A stretch of 63,945 bases of DNA, filler included, from Thelocarpon superellum (lineage: Eukaryota), in assembly GCA_026025795.1 (NCBI GenBank). It is 4 parts of 4 records of this genome, joined end to end, with 100 filler letters (N's around TTAATTAATTAA, not from the genome) between each part and the next. Parts side by side here need not be neighbours in the genome. Positions count along the whole stretch, not along the records: positions 32,933 to 49,236 come from JAPEUG010000394.1; 3 more parts are not named here. One strand, written 5' to 3'. The notes below the pieces were generated by a model that did not search any database, was not told the origin of the DNA, and saw only the letters and a program-made list of their open reading frames with translations. Of the stretch, positions 36,301-49,236 are shown piece after piece. Each line of letters opens with the position of its first letter. The stretch's first letter is position 1. The position numbers and the translations under genes were made by a program.

Positions 36301-36475
36301 TGAAGATGGAGCGGAGCAGACAATGCACGCTGGTCGGAGCGCGAACGGGAGCGTGACCGGGAACAGGAGTGGGGAGCGGAATGAGAGCGGGAATGGCAGC
36401 GGCGGAGGGAACAGGGACGGCAACGCCAAAACGTACGCTTTTCTTGGCGCGTGGATTGAGACGATGACATTTTGA
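33389..36475 (+). CDS. Membrane-anchored ZZ zinc-finger / EF-hand protein
   Basis: Single long ORF. N-terminal hydrophobic helix AIIVLATLVTAYGVYVVW. ZZ finger CSSC..RYRCANC.DFDLCETC..H...H. EF loops DSNGDGLIGFEE and DSDGDGYVNRKD. Confidence 0.88.
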   Translation: MASSSSAAASSLSRYKPAIIVLATLVTAYGVYVVWSSAPVASGGSASLHRSNAVHRRLRRPTIDPDEASMPAHHHHDVHLDRAGPWPDHPGLQPVAEPSMPSEWVDVNYGPVPFAINNRSLTIDLHLPTLPNLEQLQSIFSIAPPDAEEARDFLEQAYLDRFFDAEMQARPFLGFNDGWAGEIERMMSAQGFAESNIRRAMLRHDQQVATDMDHTNPAEARMIRQRLRELRDDHAISVPDTLSDTDSDISWRAEGGAGSAEGDRVMKLLFHIAEDQARQDGYVHRGISCSSCNVYPLRGTRYRCANCVDFDLCETCEALQVHIKTHVFFKIQIPTPSLANPKHSQPVWYPGRPSGLSKILPRPLSKTLEQDTGFEKAEIEALWEQFKVTSASEWAEDPHELGLAIDRKTFNRCLAPANTSRPPPPNLIYDRLFAFYDSNGDGLIGFEEYVHGVASVQNKDKEQRLKRIFQGYDSDGDGYVNRKDFLRMFRAYYVLSRERAKDLVASMEDDSMETVNVRDIIFGSQPISAAFAGIIPPGEDSRSEEGKQTDERGDLQVVDGGGVLNENESDTMDRLEIIKTAADRVAAIAVGPRRPSHTESMLIEMNGCDDGSDDDGHSQAPDLENRTWPPPWVTDADVKAVLGDTASDRTPELDEKKAIHDVAAKRTAEDLREEKKQEKQQWKEMRLERIKERWRRRQFYLDEEEEAISPGDIERSTSEVVGSANLNGRIGDASDKASPNPSHLPSPRSRSSSKVRFQDDVEDTDYDDVRSNPSTSSRSIPVGERWGGYEIPEAERDAGKEILYQVIQQGLNEMLDPLFSRREQLSLEVVETREERRLKRLSQATKENGPSAARSTSTPSSPSTETKATRSRRHSDALSRGETGGPSTSADKQRTTHLALLDAIEKQDGDRGGPGRIGYEEFKAAMEGRTVPILPRLDDDSEGAEEEGRVDDEGDARGQGGEEEQDGRGRREDGAEQTMHAGRSANGSVTGNRSGERNESGNGSGGGNRDGNAKTYAFLGAWIETMTF

Positions 36476-36543
36476 TGTCCCCCTTTCCCAATCCACAGCG
36501 GTACGCGATTCATACAAAGTGAGGAACTCGATCAATCAGTCAA

Positions 36544-38395
36544 TCAATCCCAGTATTTGATCAAGCCATCCAGCGCCCCCGTCACCACTTTACTTGTTTC
36601 CTGCGGATGCCAGGCGACGCATATGACCGCGCTGCCTCCTGTTCCGGCGCCACCAGCACCGCCTTTACTTCCCCTCTTCCCACCTTCCTTGGCGCCCGAC
36701 GCGACCAACTTGGACCGCATCGCGCACGTCTTCCAGTCCCAGAAACAGACCCAGCCGGCGGAGTCGCCAGAGGCGATGAAGTTGCCATCGGGCGAGATGG
36801 CGACGTCGATGGCGTAGCCTGCGTTGTTGTGGCCGCGGAAGCTCTTCTTCCTGTTCTGCCGGAACTTGTCCGTCGCGCTGTACACGACGATCTGGTTGTC
36901 GCCGCTCTGAAAGGCGGCGTACTTGCCGGACGGGTGGGAGGCGCCGCGCACCATGCTGTACATGTAGGGCTCGGCGATGAACTTGATGGGCACGGGGATG
37001 CCGTAGTCCCATGCGCGCAGCGACTTGTCGTCCGAGGTGGTGATGAAGCGGTTGGCGTGGTCGACGAAGGTGATGGTGTTGACCGGCCCCAGGTGGTGGT
37101 CGTACTCCTGCACCAGCTCGCCCGAGCGCGTGTCGAACTGCACGATCTTCTTGTCCGACATGCCCGCCAGGAACTCGTGCCCGTGCTGGCGCGACGGGTT
37201 GAAGCGGATGACGTGCGGGATCTTGCCCGTGCTGAAGCGGCCCACGCACTTGCCGTACTCCGTGTCCCAGAGCTTCATCTGCCGGTCGTACGAGGCGGAG
37301 AGGAAGTGCCCGCCGCTCGCGTTGAAGTCGATGTCGCTCACGGACTTGGCGTGCCCGTGGAAGGTGCGCAGGAGCTCGCGCTCGTGGTACACGTCCCACA
37401 GCTTGATCTTGCTGTCGGCCGAGGAGGAGAGGAGGAGGTGCCCGCTGGACGGGAAGAAGCGGAGCCCCGTGATGGCTTTCTGGTGCGACGCCCACGTGTG
37501 GATGGTGCGTTTCGGGATGAAGTTCTTGATGCTGCCCGCGTCCTTGCGCAGGTCGACGTCCAGATCCTGCGGCACGTGCATGTACGTCCGGCCCTGGTAG
37601 TCGAACTGCGCCGCGCCTTCGAACACGGACGTCTCGTTGTTCGCCTCCTCCTTGCACGCGCCCGAGATGGACGGGAGCGGTTGGCTGGGCGGTGGCGCCA
37701 CGACGGTGCCGTCCTCGTACTCCTCCACCTCCTCCTCGTCGCTGGCCAGCTCGGCCCCGCCGCCCTCCCGGATCGCGGCGTCCTCGTAGTGCTGCTCCAG
37801 CTCGTACCGTGCCCACGGGCCCTTGTACGCGCCCTCGCCGTCCACGATCGCCGCGTCGCCCTTCCTCTGCCGTTTCCGCCGGAGCGCCTCGTGCTGCTCC
37901 TTGGTCGCGCGCATCTGCACCACGTCGCGCCCGCCCAGCTCCGCCGCCTTGGCCAGATCGCCCACGTATCCGCCGTTGGCGCTGGGGTCCTTGGTGTAGC
38001 CCAGGCTCTGGAAGGTCCGGTGCTGCGTCCGGAACATGGCGTCGCTGACCGCCGTCTCCTCGGCGTAGCCCGTCAGCACGTTCTTGCGCTTCAGCACGTT
38101 GCCCTCGGCGCTGATGAAGGGGTTGGCGGGGCCTTGCTCCGCCCGCGCCAGGTCGGCATATGGCACATTGTAGGTGAGAGAGGTGTCGGTGGGGTTGGCC
38201 AGCGCCAAGCGTAGATTCATCGGGTCCTGCGTCATGTCAGCCACGGTCCACGACGTTTTTCATCCGGTCCCACCAAACCTCGATCGTGACGTCGGGCGCC
38301 GCCACCACGGCCGTGCCACGGGTGAGAGGTGGTGTGGAAGTCGATCCATCGTCCTCCTCGCTCGAATCATAGGTTTGTCCGAGCAAGGACGCCAT
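36544..38395 (-). CDS. CDC40: Pre-mRNA splicing factor Prp17/Cdc40 (WD40)
   Basis: ATG 38395, intron 38278-38227. DYQGRTYMHVP, WD repeats, QEYDHHLGPVN, and C-terminal WHPQETSKVVT...IKYWD. Confidence 0.95.
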
Positions 38396-38887
38396 GGCGG
38401 GCATGGTGAGGGTGGTGCGAGTTGGAGGTGCAACCGCCGCCTTCGCGAGGTGGAGCTTGAAGCGCTCAAGCGCAAGGATCACCCGTCGGTCCATGTTCCG
38501 AAACGCTCGTCCAGCCACGACCGTCGGCCGCGACCTTACGTGACTCTACCAAACCTCCGTGAATCTACAAACACATTTCATCTCCCTGTGACGGTAGAGA
38601 TCGAAGCAAAGCTGAACCGGTCGCGGTCGCTCATGTTCATCATGCCCCAGTGGGCCGCATCTGATGTCTGAATGTGTAAAAAGACACAACCCCCCCGCGA
38701 AGCGTCACACGTGCCACAACTATACACCTAATGTCAAGGCGGATTCGCAACCCGCTGAAGCTAGGTACACCAAGATGACGGATGACGGATGCGGCCCTGG
38801 ACATGTGGCAGGCAAGGCATGAGGGGCGGCATGGGTCGTCTAGAGAGATTGTCCTCGATGCATCGTCTTGCCCACCTCGACCTTGAG

Positions 38888-39500
38888 TCAATGATGCTCC
38901 TCGCGGATCAGCGCCACAATCATACTGTAGAGATAGAAGAAGAACATGAGCAGGTGGAAGCCGAGTTTGACGAAGGATTCCTGGATCGACGACATCAGCG
39001 ACGCCCGCATCTCTTGCATCCGGGCCTCCCACCTTCTTGTGCACGTTTAGTTTTCGGAAGATCTCGGTCGCGTCGAGGAGATGCGCATTGTCCATGATCC
39101 TGTGGGCGGGTCAGCATGCTGGCGCGCCGTGGACGTCGCATCCAAGCCATGAGGCGGCTCTCGTACTTCTTGCCATTCCATGCTAACAAGGGAAGATTGA
39201 GCAACAGCGCGATCCAGTAGCCGTTGATCAGAAAGAGGGCCGTCAGGAAGGCCTGGACGCCCGCCTCGGGGATGATGTAGGAATTCAAACGGTTACACAG
39301 ATCGATCGGATTGATGTAGTCGCTGTGCGCACGGCGTCGGTCAGCGTCATGGTCGCGTCACGATCCGGGCGCTGCGCTCAGGAGACGGTGGACTCGTACC
39401 ATTCCAGATCGCTGTACATGATGGTGAAGAAGACCTGCAGAAACAGGTTGACGGCATTGATCAACACCGCCAACAGGAAAAGCCATGCTTCACCCGACAT
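38888..39500 (-). CDS. ERV14: ER cargo receptor Erv14 (cornichon)
   Basis: Four exons: [79 protein letters not shown]. Confidence 0.96.
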
Positions 39501-40496
39501 TGTCGGTCGGTGGCCACCTCGGGCGATCCGAGGGTGCAGGAGGAGCTTGGTCGATGCAAGGGTCGGGATGGGGATCGGGAGGGAGAATGGAGGTGTGGCA
39601 CGGGTCGGGATGAAGCGGCGTAGGAGAGAGGTGCCTGGATGGGTGGCGGAGACGTGTCGAGGAATGGTGGCGCGCGATGGGTGACGAGGGCAAGACGGCG
39701 ATGAGCCCAGGCAGAGACAGACAAACGTGAACGATGTCGCTCGGGTCGATCGCCACGATGGAACCGGCGTTACGGCGTTACGGCGTGTCGAGCTGTCGGG
39801 CTGTCGGGCTGCGGCTGCGGGCTGCGGCTGCGGGCTGCGGGCGTGGCGGGCGTTGCGGTAGGAAGTCCCCAGTGCCGGATCAAAGCTTGATTCCCGCATT
39901 CGGCTCAGCCCTTCCCTGCACCAGCACGCCCGCAGAGCAGCAGCCTGTCCACCCTCCTTGCCTCCTGTTATTCTTCCGGTCCAAGTACGGAACTTGAGGC
40001 CTGGTCAGTGTGTCTGAAGCGTCGAGTCTCTATGCTTGAAGCCAGGCGCTTGGGACGGGACTCAGTTTTGGCCTACCCCAAGGCCTCTGAGGTGCACCGC
40101 TCTGCTAATTTATCGATACGAAACACCCGGGCACCCGTATGTTGCGTCGCAGCGACAAGCCTAACTTCTGCCTAATCCATTTCTCCATGTTACTAGACCA
40201 CGCTGTCTCGTCAACTGTCGGCCGAGCCACATGGATATCGTCATCCACGTGATCCACTATGGATGACATTGCGGGCGGAATACCGCGTTCCTCGTGGCGC
40301 TCGTGAGTACCGAGGGTACCAAGAGAACCATGGACAGTAGGTCAAGGGCTGTGAATTGCTCCAACAGGCCATCGTCGTCGCTCGTCGAGATGCCCAACCG
40401 CTATGCAACAGATGAACGTCGTGCTACTACTAGTAGTATGAGTAGTACTCAATGATAGCAGTACCCGATCCCGCCTGTACCATCATCTCCATCGCG

Positions 40497-41937
40497 TCAT
40501 GTCCCAGCCGGTTGTGCCGTGGCACTGGTATGCCCGTTGACAACGACGTCCGCAGACGAATCATTGGACGTCGCATCAGCGGGTGTAGGCATCGGAACGG
40601 GTCCACCGGGCGAGTCAGCCATTCGCGCCGTCAGGACCTCCACGCCGTCCTCCGTCACGAGAAGGGTATGTTCTGGATCGCGTCAGTCATGAGAGCGCGA
40701 GGAGAGCGCGAGGAGAGCGCGAGAAGAGAGCCATGGACTCACCAAATTGCGCCGTGCGCTTCCCGTCCGTCGTCACGCTCGTCCAGTCATCCGGCCAGGT
40801 CTTGTCCTTGTGCGTGCCCACACAGATCATCGGCTCAATGGTGAAGCACATGCCCGGACGTGCCGTCCCCACCGCCTTGCTCTTGGCGTAGTGGGGCACG
40901 TTGGGGGCCGTGTGGAACAGCTGGTTGACGCCGTGTCCGCAGTAGGTGCGTACCACGCTGCATCCCTTGGCCTTGGCGTGTTTCTCAATCACATTGCCCG
41001 GATCGCGGAAGAGCATGCCGGGTTTGACCAGCTTGATCGACTCGTCCAGACACTCTCGTGCCGTCTCTGTGACCCGCACCGAGTCCGGGTCGGCCTTGGC
41101 CCGGTCGCCGATGTAATACGTCTCGTTCAGATCGCCGTGGAAGCCTCCGTGGTAGAGAGTCACATCGATGTTGAGGATGTCACCGTCCACGAGGAGTCGC
41201 TGGTCCGGGATGCCATGGCAGATGACCTCGTTGACGGACGTGCACACGGATTTCGGGAAGTGGTAGTAGTTCAGCGGCGAGGGGTACGACTGGACGCGTC
41301 AGGAACATCGTGACCGGCGGCAACGGACCGAGAAAGCTCACCTTTCGCGCCAAGCAGGCCTTGTGCACGACCTCGTCGATATAATCCGTCGACACCCCCG
41401 GCTTGGCTGCTTGTGCGGCAAGGTCCAGCACCTCCCGCGCCAACCGACACACCCTCCGCATGCCCTCCTGCTGCGCCTTATCCAGCACCGAGATCTTGTT
41501 GCGCCCGACGAACACCCGTTCCGACCGTGGATCTCCATCTTTGGCGTAGTCAGGGTGGGCGATCGACGCGGGCACCTCGCGTCGGGCCGAGAGCGGGTAG
41601 ATGGGTCGGAGGGGGCCGGTGTAGGGAAAGGTGGGAAAGGGATTATACTGTCCAGTGGCTGCATCGGCTTCAGAAACCACACGGGGCGCGAAGTAGCGAC
41701 GGAGGGGATTACTCTGGGTCTTGTGAAGCGCTTTGTGAACACTCTGGCACGAGATTAGGGTTATTGGTGCAGAGCAGTGATTGGACTCGAGCTCACCCAG
41801 CTCCGCTTGAAGCAATCTTGAGAGCAGAAATAGCTCTCCTTGCCCATCTTGAGACAGTTGGGGCACTGTAGGGACCCCGCGTCATTGGCACAGTCCACCC
41901 CAACACACGCTCGTTTGACAGGGTCATGGGCGGCCAT
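40497..41937 (-). CDS. MAP1: Methionine aminopeptidase 1
   Basis: N-terminal zinc finger (C.G.DC..LQCPNC..FCSQDCF), [49 protein letters not shown]. Three introns. Confidence 0.96.
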
Positions 41938-42530
41938 GTCGACGGTGACGGCGCGCGGTCGCCTGGCGTGATGTGTGCACCGAGTGCGCGGAGGGGCAAG
42001 ACGAATTTGGGGATTTTGAGCCGCGAATGTGCCCCTCCAATATCTGAGTCACCAAGGAGACCTTCCGAGAAGTTCGCCTTGCAACGTGTGATGGACGGAG
42101 AAGCAATGCTAGCCCATTCTGGTGCCGGAGTCGAACGCTGCAGCTGCGTGGAGTTGCCCACCGCGACAACCAAACCGAGACTCACTGAAATTCACGCTCC
42201 AGACGGCACCCGTACCTACGCTTGGTGCATGCTGGCAACCAAAGTGGGCTCGAGGAAATTCTACGACATCGTGCTGGAGACTCTGTAGAAAGTCTGGACA
42301 CATGCTGGACCTAGCATTCTCCATCCGATGAGTTCTGACGGTCGAGGGGTCGAGCTCGACGGCTCGGTAGTCGGAAAGTTCCGGATCTCAGATCGACGCT
42401 TGCAGCTGCCAAATGTTGGCGTCATGAGATTCTGCCGCGCCTGAGGATCCGTTAAGGTTGGTACATGGAGAGCTTGGCCACAAGGTGTGTTGATTGAGAT
42501 CCTCACTGCAACCACTTCCATATCACCGCC

Positions 42531-44387
42531 ATGGCTTCCCCATCGTCCAACCAGAAAATCGTCGTGATCGGCGCCGGTCCAGTGGGTGCCTTGGCAGCTT
42601 TATACGCCGCTCGACGAGGGCACACGGTAGAAGTGTACGAGCTTCGAGGCGGTGAGTTTCGGTCATGCAGGCGCGGGGAATCGCGAGCGCGCACTTCTTC
42701 AAGACTCGCCCTCTGCTTTCCAGCGTTACACCGGACCCCAAGATCGCTCTCTCGGCACTTTGCATTCGCTTGTACTTGCGTCTCTCGTCGGAATGTCAGA
42801 ACATGCAGCTGAAGATGCTGTGGATCTGCCGACTTTCGTCTTGTCTCCTATCGCCTGCGTCTTTTGCCCTTCGACCTGTCCCGGTCTTCTGGCCACCGTG
42901 ACGCAGTACCGTGTCTGATTCTGAGCCCAAGATCTACGCAATCCGTCCACCACCCCACTCAATTTCACCAAGTCTATCAACCTTGCCCTCTCCGAGCGGG
43001 GCATCAATTCATTGCGACAGGCACAATGTCCCGACTTGTTGGACAATGTCCTCGCCGAGACCATCCCCATGCATGGCCGCATGATCCACGGTCGCGATGC
43101 TAAGGGGAAACCATATGAGCAGTCGCAGAAGTACGACGCACATGGCCGGGTATGTGATGACACTACAAGGAAACCATGATCCAGGCTCATCGTTGGATCA
43201 CCAGTGTATTCGGGCCGTGGACCGGGCCGGGCTGAACAAGCGACTCCTGGACGAGCTGGAGAAGATGCCCCAGGTGACCTTGTTCTTCGAGCACAAACTC
43301 ACCGGAGCCGACTTCAAGAAGAATCTCGCCTGGTTCCATCGACGGGCGTCCGAGAAGCAGGAGGGAACAGCGGGGGACGTGTCGGAGATTGAGATCTCCT
43401 TTGACTTTATGATTGGTGCTGACGGCGCGCATTCCGCCGTGCGATACCACTTGATGAAGTTCACGAGGGTCAACTACCAACAAGAATACATTGATACGCT
43501 GTGGTGCGAGTTTCAGATCCCTGCCCTCCCCGAGGAAGCCGGGGGCGGGTTCCGTCTCTCCCCGAATCACCTGCACATCTGGCCAGGGGGAGAGTACATG
43601 TTTATCGCGATTCCAAGCCAGGTTCGTTCCTCCTTTCCCCTCTCTTCGCCAAGCATCCTTCTCACGTTGGACCCATCCCCAGGACCATACCTTCACCTGC
43701 ACCCTCTTCCTCCCAGCCACGCACTTCACGCAACTGGCCACCTCCCACGACGCACTCGTATCCTTCTTCGACACCAACTTCCCCGGTGTGACGCCCGACC
43801 TGATCGATCCCACCACCCTACAGGCGCAATTCGACCAGAACCCGCACCTACCCCTAGTCTCCATCAAATGTACGCCCTACCATTACGGCGGCGCGTGCGT
43901 CATTCTCGGCGACGCCGCACACGCCATGGTGCCGTTTTACGGACAGGGGATGAACGCAGGGCTGGAAGACGTGCGAGTGCTATTTGAGTTTCTCGACGCC
44001 CACGCCTCCAATATCTCCTCCCCGTCTCCCTCCACAGACCGCCAGGCGGCACTAGCAGAATACACAGCGCACCGCACGCCCGACGCGCACACGATCAACG
44101 CGCTCGCGCTCTCCAACTACGAAGAGATGCGCTCGTCCGTGACCTCGCCGCTCTACAAGACACGCAAGTGGATCGAAGAGCAGATCGACCTCCGCTTTCC
44201 CTCCCTCGGGTGGCAGACGCAGTACTCGCGCGTGAGTTTTGAAAATCAGCGCTATTCCGACCTCTCGAGCGACGTGAGGGCTCAGAAGATGACGTTGGAG
44301 GTTGCGTTGGGTGTGTTGGGCGTCGTGGCGGTCGGGGGCGTCGTTGCGTCGGCTGCTTGGGTGGGTGCGCTCCGGAGAGGGAGATGA
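42531..44387 (+). CDS. BNA4: Kynurenine 3-monooxygenase
   Basis: GAGPVG FAD motif, [50 protein letters not shown]-terminal TM anchor. Introns 42652-42931, 43150-43204, 43622-43682. Confidence 0.96.
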
Positions 44388-44615
44388 AGTGAGGAGCGGA
44401 GCGGAGCGGAGCGGAGCGGAGGGGAGCGGAGGGAGGAGAGGTGTCATTGGCGACGCTATAACTCCTCCATATGATGTATTGTACAACGTGACGTTGGTGT
44501 ACATGAATGAACGAACGAACGAAGGAATTGACGACGGTTTACGCATCCCTGAATGCACATGCATCCTGTACATCCGGACGTCCCGCCCACTCATCTATGT
44601 CGGTTGGAGATGCCC

Positions 44616-47257
44616 TCACTTCTCACTCAACTTCTTATGTCGGTCCGCTTGCGCCTTTTCATGCTTCGCAACCAGTTCTTTCCTATCACGCCGCCCGCGA
44701 ATCAGTCCCATCGCCTTGCTACCGAATTGACAGGGAAGAAATGGAGGAAGTGAGGGTGAGATGAGTGGGGGCAAGCGAAGGAAAGAGAGTATAATGACGA
44801 GGGGGATGTGAAAACTCACTGCAACTGCATAGGCGCAGGATTGTAGTGGCTGAACTCCATCGAGAACTCGCCCTTGCCCTGAGTCGCGGCGCGAAGCTGC
44901 GACGAAAAGCCGAACATGGCGTTGAGACTGCAGTCGGCGTACAACGTAAAGTCCTCGGGTCCAATGTCCGTCTCGTTGATGGTGGCGTTGCGCTTGTTCA
45001 GGAGGCCGACGATGTTGCCCTGGAACTCGTTCGGCGCGGTGATGGTCGTTTTCATCAGCGGCTCGAGAACCTGCGGCTGGCAGAGCTTGAATGTCTTGCG
45101 GAAGGCTTGCTGCGTCGCGATCTTGAAGGCCATCTCGGACGAGTCCGTCATGTGCGTCGCGCCGTCGTTGATCACCATGGAAGTGCCGAGCACTCGTTGT
45201 CCTAGCATGGGTCCCTGGTTGCAGCTGGCGTGGAAGCCCTTCTCGCACGCGAACAGGAACTTCTCGTCGATCGACCCCCCGAAGATCTGCTGCTCGAAGC
45301 TGTTGGCTTCGAGCGACCCGGTGGGCTCCATCCATCCCACCACCCGCGCAAAGTCGCCCGCGCCGCCGGTTTGCTTCTTGAGCGTGTGGTCAAAGGGGAC
45401 CTTTTGCGTGATCGTCTCCCGGTACGCCACCTGCGGCTGGCCCGTCACGCAGTCGACGTGGTATTCGCGGCGCATGCGCTCCACGTAGATGTCGAGATGC
45501 AGCTCGCCCATGCCCGAGATGATGGTCTCCTGGCTCTCCGGATCCACGTGCACGCGAAAGGTCGGGTCTTCGCGCTGAAAGCGGTTGATGGCCTTGGAGA
45601 AGTTGGACACGTCCTTGCTGTGCTTGGGCTTGATGGAGAGCGAGATGACAGGCTCGGGCACAAACATGGACGTCATGGAATAGGGGAGGGTGCCATCGGT
45701 AAAGGTGTCGCCCGAGGCACAGTCCACGCCAAAGACGGCGCAGATCTCGCCTGCGCCAATCGTCGATACTTCCTCCATCTCATTCGAGTGCATGCGCACG
45801 ATCCGCGGCACCTTGACCTTCTTGTTGCTCCGCGCGTTAAAGACATTCATGCCCTTGCGCAGCGAGCCTTGGTACACGCGGATGTACGTCAGCTGGCCGA
45901 AATTGCTCTCCTCGAGCTTGAAGGCGAGCCCGACGAAGGGCAGGGAGTTGTACGACACGAGTTTGACCGGCGCTTCGGCACGTCGTCGGTCCAGGGCCAG
46001 GTTCTCAACCTCGGACGGGTTGGGCAGATAGTCGCATACTCCATCGAGTAGCGGCTGCACGGCGGTGTCGGCCAACGCGGAGCCCATGAAGACGGGAGTA
46101 AACTTCAGCGAGATGGTCGCCCGACGCACCGCCGCCTTGATCTGTTCCATGCTCGGCGTTCGCTCGTCCAAGAAGATTTCGGCAATCTCCTCGTCCACGT
46201 CGGCCAGCGTCTCGATCAACATCCGCCGTCGCTCCTCCGCCACGCCACGCACGCTCTCAGGAATCTCGTCGCGCTCCACGATGACCACGCCGCTGTCACC
46301 TTCATTGTAGATGGCCTTCATGCGGATGAGATCCACCACCCCTTTGAGTTCGTCCTCGGAGCCAATGGGCACCTGCACCGCGGCCGCAGGGATGCGGAGC
46401 TTCTGATTGATCTGGTCGATGGCTTTGAATGGGTTGGCGCCCATGCGATCCATCTTGTTGATGAAGGAGAGGCGGGGGATGTTGTATCGCTTCATCTGCC
46501 GATCGACTGTGATGGTCTGCGATTGCACGCCTGACACGGCACACAGAATCATGACGGCCCCGTCCAGCACACGCAAGGCACGCTCCACTTCGATGGTAAA
46601 GTCAATGTGACCAGGCGTGTCGATCAAGTTGATGTGATATTGTTCCTCTTTGCCATCCTCTTTCTTCACCCAGTCGCAGAAGGTGGCGGCGGATTGGATG
46701 GTGATGCCCTTTTCCCGCTCCAGGTCCATCGAGTCCATCTTGGCGCCGACGGCATCCTTGCCCCGGACTTCATGGATGGCCTTGATGCGGCCGGTGTAGA
46801 AGAGCACTCGTTCCGTTGCAGTGGTTTTGCCGCTGTCGATGTGGGCCTTGATCGGTTAGCCTCGTAGTCCCGGAGAGCCACGAAGACTACACTCACGGCA
46901 ATGCCAATATTCCGGACCCGTGACAAGCGGGAGGCTTCGGTCGGGTCGAGATTCTGGATGATGGTCTCCTGCGCCAGGTTCTCCGGCTCTGCCGCCGCTT
47001 CGAGCCTACCCACGTTGGCATTAGATGCGTTCCTCTTGGAAGTCGAGGCACACCTACACGGCTGCCGCGGCTCCAGACTGCATCCGCCGGGGCCGCCATT
47101 GGCTCCCCCGCTGAGGCCGTGGTATCCGAGGACGCTCGGCGCTGACGGTCGACCAACGTCGTCGAATCACGAGGCTGGGCGACCGGACGGTGGCACCCGA
47201 ACTGGCCCAGCGGCCGAGATGACGCGCCTGGATGAAGGCCACGGGATGGCCCCTCAT
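44616..47257 (-). CDS. MEF1: Mitochondrial elongation factor G1
   Basis: Arg/Ser-rich presequence, [46 protein letters not shown]. Last exon KELVAKHEK...; three introns. Confidence 0.96.
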
Positions 47258-47583
47258 TGTCGTGTCAATGGTTGGGGGCTGGGGGAGGTCCTTGTCGGCC
47301 CTTCATGTCTTGACGGGATCCATGATTTTTTCTCGATCAAGTCGTCGGTTATCATCATGTGACTGCGCGCCAAGTTCGCGAATGAGCCGGCCAGCTCGCC
47401 CGATACTCTACTCCTACAACATGACTTCATCTCTACATTGGGCCCACAAGTTGCCCTCCCCCACGACATTGCAGTCATGGATCGAAGACGTGCATCACAC
47501 GGGGTTCTAGCCGCGATGCCATCGTGTCATTGCGAGATGATTCCAACATATGAGCCACCCGCTTGTATCACTCCATCATGGCA

Positions 47584-49196
47584 TCATAGCATGACGACGC
47601 CCACCCCGCTGCAGTTCTTGTCGTCGATCTGATTCTTCGCCGTCACGCCACCCAGGATGGGCGCCGTGGCATAGTTATACAGGTAGAAGTTCAGCTGTCC
47701 GTCGCCCGCGCCAAACTTCTGCTTCTCGAGGAACAAGGCGTTGTCGAGAAGGGTCAAGGCGTTGAAGACATCAAAATGGAACTGTGCAGACCATCAGTGG
47801 GCGCACGAGCGAGGAGGGGGGAATGTCGCATCCGCGACTGGTACCGACCTTCTTTGCGAGATTGAGCGCATCCTCCATCAGCACATTCAGTCGTGCACCC
47901 AAGACACGGTGATCGCCTCTATCACCTTCGAAGGCTGACTCGGTGGCATAGTAAAAGAGGTAGGCGGCGCGCACAGTCTTATGTGTGTCATGGCGAATGA
48001 CGGACGACTCGAGACAATAGAAGGAGAAGACATCGGTTATCTTTTCGGAACCGCTCTCCTATGGGCGCGTCAATCGCCGGACCGGGCATATGGGTGAGAG
48101 GGGGACGCACTTGGACGACGTAGGTCCAGACCACCTGCTCGGTCGTGGTGGCGTCCTCATGTAACAGCCAATGCTCGACCTCTTCGCGCGTGAAGACAGG
48201 CGCCATGTCGAAGCGGGCCAGGTAACGGCGTAAGAGATCAAGGACGGCGTCGATGTCCTTGCGCTCCATCGGTCGTAACCCGGGGGTGGACGTCGTGCCG
48301 GGGAGGCTGTATTTGGTCACTTGTCGGGCCGTGGTCGAGCCGGGCGGGAGGGGTGAGAAGCCGACTTGGTGCAGCTTGAGCCATTCGATGCTACGATGGA
48401 AGTATCGACACGTGCTGACGGGGGTGGGGAGAACAACGCCACCGGTGTAGATGGCTTGCCAGATGCCCTCGAGGTTGATCCGTCGCGTGATCTCTTGAAT
48501 CAGTACGGGCGTGAGACGCTTGTTTCGGAGCTTCTTGTGGATGCAGAGGAAGTTGACTTCGGAACACTTCAACGTCGCTTCGCGGACGCGCAGCTCGACG
48601 GGAATGGCGGAGATGAAGGCCACCAGCTTGCGCGACTTGGTCGCGCGCACCCCCACGTGCCACGCCGCTTTCCAGCCGGGTGACTTGAGTGCCCTAGGAC
48701 CCTCAGCATCAGCTCGTGATCGCCCTCGTTGTGGCACGGGTCCGGCCACGAGTCCAGGCGGCGATACTCACCAATTCAAGAAGGACTCGGAATAGTTAAA
48801 GCGGAACATGGCCTCGTCATCCTCAACGTAGTGGCCCGTCAAGAGCTCGTACACTTCCACGAGCTGTCGGCGTATCAGCCACGTGAAGGAGATGAAGGGC
48901 GGGCAGACCCCACCTCTCCCTCATTCGTGAGATCCATGGTGACCCATTCGAAGCCTTCGATCAGTGTGGCAGGTTCCTTTGGTACCTTGTCCAGAGTCAT
49001 CTCCTTGATTGGACCCTCTTCGACCGCTCGCGGTGCGTCTGGCGGCCCACTCCCGTTAGGCTTCGCGGGCTCGTACAGCGTGAAGGGCAAAGGGGACATG
49101 ATGGGGTATGCAGCACTCACCAAATCGCGGGACGGGCTGGGTTTGCCAGAACTTATACGAGGCCATGTCTTTCTTGTTCTTCTTGCCGCCCATCGA
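47584..49196 (-). CDS. NMT1: N-myristoyltransferase, 5'-truncated at the contig end
   Basis: [63 protein letters not shown], and C-terminal GVGVVML. The N-terminal exon(s) lie beyond the gap at 49237. Confidence 0.95.
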
Positions 49197-49236
49197 CTAT
49201 CGTATGGGTGGTCAGGGCGGCTAGACAGGAAGAGGG

